This document shows positions 46,993 to 49,468 of a DNA stretch of 49,468 nt, piece after piece. Position 1 is the first letter of the stretch, and every line of letters starts with the position of its first letter. The notes under the pieces are model-generated. The model saw nothing but the letters and a program-made list of their open reading frames with translations, did not search any database and was not told the origin of the DNA. Origin of the DNA: an uncultured Bacteriovorax sp. (lineage in GTDB: Bacteria; Bdellovibrionota; Bacteriovoracia; Bacteriovoracales; Bacteriovoracaceae); NCBI GenBank assembly GCA_943914745.1, contig CALUDF010000001.1, positions 1 through 49,468 on the forward strand, in the 5' to 3' direction. Made by a program: the position numbers and the translations under genes.

Positions 46993-48135
46993 TTATTTAT
47001 CTAACTCTTTTAATAAATTCTTCGCGATAATCATGATCATGACTTCATTCGTTCCAGCGCCGATCTCATTGAGTTTGTTGTCTCTCATCATGCGCTCAAG
47101 TGGAAACTCTCTCGAGTAACCATATCCACCGTGAAGCTGGATGGCATCGAGAGCGATCTTTGTTGCCATTTTTGGGAGTTGAAGTTTAACCATCGCCGCA
47201 TTCACCGGCCCTCTTTCTCCAGCGTCGTATTGTTTACAAACAGAGTAGAGGAAGGCTCTCATCATTTCAGTTTCAGCTTTCATCTCAGCGATCATTTTTT
47301 GAACGAGCTGGAAGCTTCCAATGTGCTTTCCGAATTGTTTTCTCTCTTGAGCGTACTTCACACACTGATCAACACACGCCTGAGCGATCCCCAGTGAGAT
47401 CCCGGCAATGGTGATTCTTTCGATGTCGAGGTTTTTCATCATGTGGTAGATGGAGTCGCCTTCTTTTCCAACCAACTGAGTGGCCGGAACTTTAGCTTTA
47501 TCAAAAACCAACTCTCCGGTTGGAGATGATCTCATTCCCATCTTATGGATTGGCTTTCCAACGTGGAAGCCAGGAGTGCCTTTTTCGATGATGAAGGTTG
47601 AAAGATTCTTTCTGTCTTCACCTGTTCTCGTATAAACATAGGCTACGTCTGCGTATTGAGCGTTCGTGATCCACATCTTCGTTCCATTGACGATGTAGTG
47701 GTCGCCTTCTTTTTTGGCTTTCGTCTGGATACCTACGGCGTCTGAACCGAACTCAGGCTCACTCATTCCCATGCAACCGACGTGTTCGCCAGAAATCAGC
47801 TTAGGAAGATATTTTGCTTTTTGCTCTTCACTGCCGTTGTTTTGAATGTTGTTCACACACAGGATGGAGTGGGCCAGGTAAGAAAGCGTTGAGCCCGCAC
47901 AGGCCTTTCCAAATTCTTCCATGACGATTGTGGCAGCAGTGGCCCCGAGGCCAGCTCCGCCGTACTTAGGATCTGCTGTGATTCCCAGAACTCCAAGTTC
48001 ACCCATTTTTTTAAAAGCGTTGATGTTGAACGATTCATCGTGATCATGTTTTTCCGCATGAGGAGCAAGCTCTTTGCTTGCAAAATCCCTGCATACGTTT
48101 TGAAGTTCTTTTTCCTCGCTCGTGAAAAACCACAT
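46993..48135 (-). CDS. Acyl-CoA dehydrogenase (isovaleryl-CoA dehydrogenase-like)
   Basis: LSYLAHSILCVN, MSEP..GSD, LDIER, EIGAGT (Ala at the usual C-terminal Glu position, as in the IVD type). Confidence 0.9.
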   Translation of the reverse strand: MWFFTSEEKELQNVCRDFASKELAPHAEKHDHDESFNINAFKKMGELGVLGITADPKYGGAGLGATAATIVMEEFGKACAGSTLSYLAHSILCVNNIQNNGSEEQKAKYLPKLISGEHVGCMGMSEPEFGSDAVGIQTKAKKEGDHYIVNGTKMWITNAQYADVAYVYTRTGEDRKNLSTFIIEKGTPGFHVGKPIHKMGMRSSPTGELVFDKAKVPATQLVGKEGDSIYHMMKNLDIERITIAGISLGIAQACVDQCVKYAQERKQFGKHIGSFQLVQKMIAEMKAETEMMRAFLYSVCKQYDAGERGPVNAAMVKLQLPKMATKIALDAIQLHGGYGYSREFPLERMMRDNKLNEIGAGTNEVMIMIIAKNLLKELDK

Positions 48136-48234
48136 TGCTTAACCGCCTTTTTGTTGAGTATAATTTTCTTAATAAAAAATAGAGAGAATTTATAACAAAT
48201 TTCTCTTAACACTGTAAGACATGAGGTGTTAGTA

Positions 48235-49468
48235 GTGACTCTCACGACCCCTGTTCCACGAGACCAAGACACGGTATTTCCCGGAGAGAACTGGTTTTTC
48301 TACTGGAAAACATCTGCGTCTCTATGGAAAACAAAACTTCAGGAGTTCCCTGGAACAAAAATCATCATCCCCCTGAACTGGTCATTTCACTCGGAAACGG
48401 GGGACCAATTCGATTTTGGTGAGCATAGACCTGAGACAAACTTAAAAAAATTAGTTGAGATCGCCCAAGAAGTTGGGAAAATGGTCGTTTTTTTTCTGCC
48501 CTTAATGCCTGCGCCCTTTCTGCCTAACGGAGGTCTGCCTCACTTACTGGCAAGAAGCCTTGCGCTAAACAGTGAACAAATGGCCTACGGGGTGATTGAC
48601 GCTGACGATCATTTAGTGAAGGTTTATTCTTTTTTTGACCCGAGAGTTTTTGAAGCTTTCGATAAATTTGTCAAAAAACTAGGTCAATATTTTTCCTCGA
48701 GCCCAATTAATGCCGATGTCTGGGGGATTAGGTCCGGGTATTTCAAGGACGGTCACTACAGAAGTTTTATGGAAGACTCTTCTAAAACCTTTGAGCAGGC
48801 CTTCAGCCGTTTCATGCAGACAAAAAAGTCAGAGACGGAAACTCTCTCTGCGATTGAAGAGAGAGCATTGGCTTTCGAGTTTAATAAAACGATCCAGGGG
48901 CTCTATGAAAGTAATGCCCGAGAGTCGATTCGCAACAACTTTGAAGGAACTCTCGATGTGGCCTTTCTTGGAGCGGGAACGGAAAATTTTCTAAAGCGCC
49001 TCTCGGGGACTATTTCGACTGTCGATTATTCAAGTGAGCTTTACGAAGCCCTCGCTAAAGATATCATTCCCTCGTCCGTTCTTCTTTCACACCGCCTTAA
49101 AAAGGGAGTGCTGACAAGAGAGCTCAATGACCTGGTGGCCAACTCTTATCTTCCTTCAAGGCTGGCGAGTTCGGCGTATGACCACGACGACATCAATATG
49201 TTTCAGCCTCTTTCTTTTTTTAAAGTTTACGAAAGAGTTGATGGAGTGAGTTCACTCTTTCAAAACTGGAATGACCTGCATTTATGGCCATACCTGAGAG
49301 GATCTTTTGGTTGGAGCTATAAAGTTATCTCCAACGACACTCTTAAATTGCACGAAAATAAAACGCCTTATCAGGAACACATTCACCTCTTTCACGGGCA
49401 CGATGTGGACCGCACGATCTTTAATTTTATCCTTAAGACTTTTATGAACGGTGGACGAATTATTTTAA
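48235..49468 (+). CDS. Partial CDS running off the window end; GH35/GH42-like N-terminus
   Basis: Not in the ORF track. GTG at 48235 after GAGGTG; frame stays open to the window end. Contains IPLNWSFHSETGDQFDFG...NLKKLVEIAQEVG...NGGLPHLL. Confidence 0.8.
   Translation, partial: MTLTTPVPRDQDTVFPGENWFFYWKTSASLWKTKLQEFPGTKIIIPLNWSFHSETGDQFDFGEHRPETNLKKLVEIAQEVGKMVVFFLPLMPAPFLPNGGLPHLLARSLALNSEQMAYGVIDADDHLVKVYSFFDPRVFEAFDKFVKKLGQYFSSSPINADVWGIRSGYFKDGHYRSFMEDSSKTFEQAFSRFMQTKKSETETLSAIEERALAFEFNKTIQGLYESNARESIRNNFEGTLDVAFLGAGTENFLKRLSGTISTVDYSSELYEALAKDIIPSSVLLSHRLKKGVLTRELNDLVANSYLPSRLASSAYDHDDINMFQPLSFFKVYERVDGVSSLFQNWNDLHLWPYLRGSFGWSYKVISNDTLKLHENKTPYQEHIHLFHGHDVDRTIFNFILKTFMNGGRIIL

Noticed and set aside
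48181..48207. Imperfect inverted repeat in the divergent intergenic region
   Set aside because: AT-rich and imperfect; no adjacent regulator or second copy to support an operator call.
48710..48994. 94-aa ORF in the track
   Set aside because: Lies out of frame inside the longer open frame starting at 48235.

Overview
Gene-dense, mostly core-chromosome window. Gene content (FHA-GGDEF cyclase, GYF_2 proteins, vWA lipoprotein, many divergent secreted proteins) suggests a predatory Bdellovibrionota, probably Bacteriovoracaceae; this is inference. Housekeeping content: tRNA-Asp(GTC), trmO-def, greB, a yceD-rpmF-fabH-fabD-fabG-acpP-fabF-glyA-nrdR-nusB run without plsX and rib genes, aroK, alr-mlaEFD, tsaC, dciA-like, lptE-holA, rpsT, acyl-CoA catabolism genes, pgi, and dgcB-like-mutL-miaA-ppsR. 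I saw no integrase, transposase or CRISPR array. The most interesting signal is a candidate phospho-threonine/c-di-GMP circuit at about 32.6-44.2 kb. It includes a membrane Hanks kinase, a DgcB-like FHA-GGDEF cyclase with an N-terminal Thr tail, a tandem GYF_2 protein with a PilZ-like end, a catalytically dead alpha/beta hydrolase, a vWA lipoprotein and a cNMP-binding protein. Four sigma28-like promoters recur in the window. Several apparent pseudoenzymes are also present: a degenerate GGDEF-like protein, an endonuclease-less MutL, and a GH35-like ORF missing from the ORF track.
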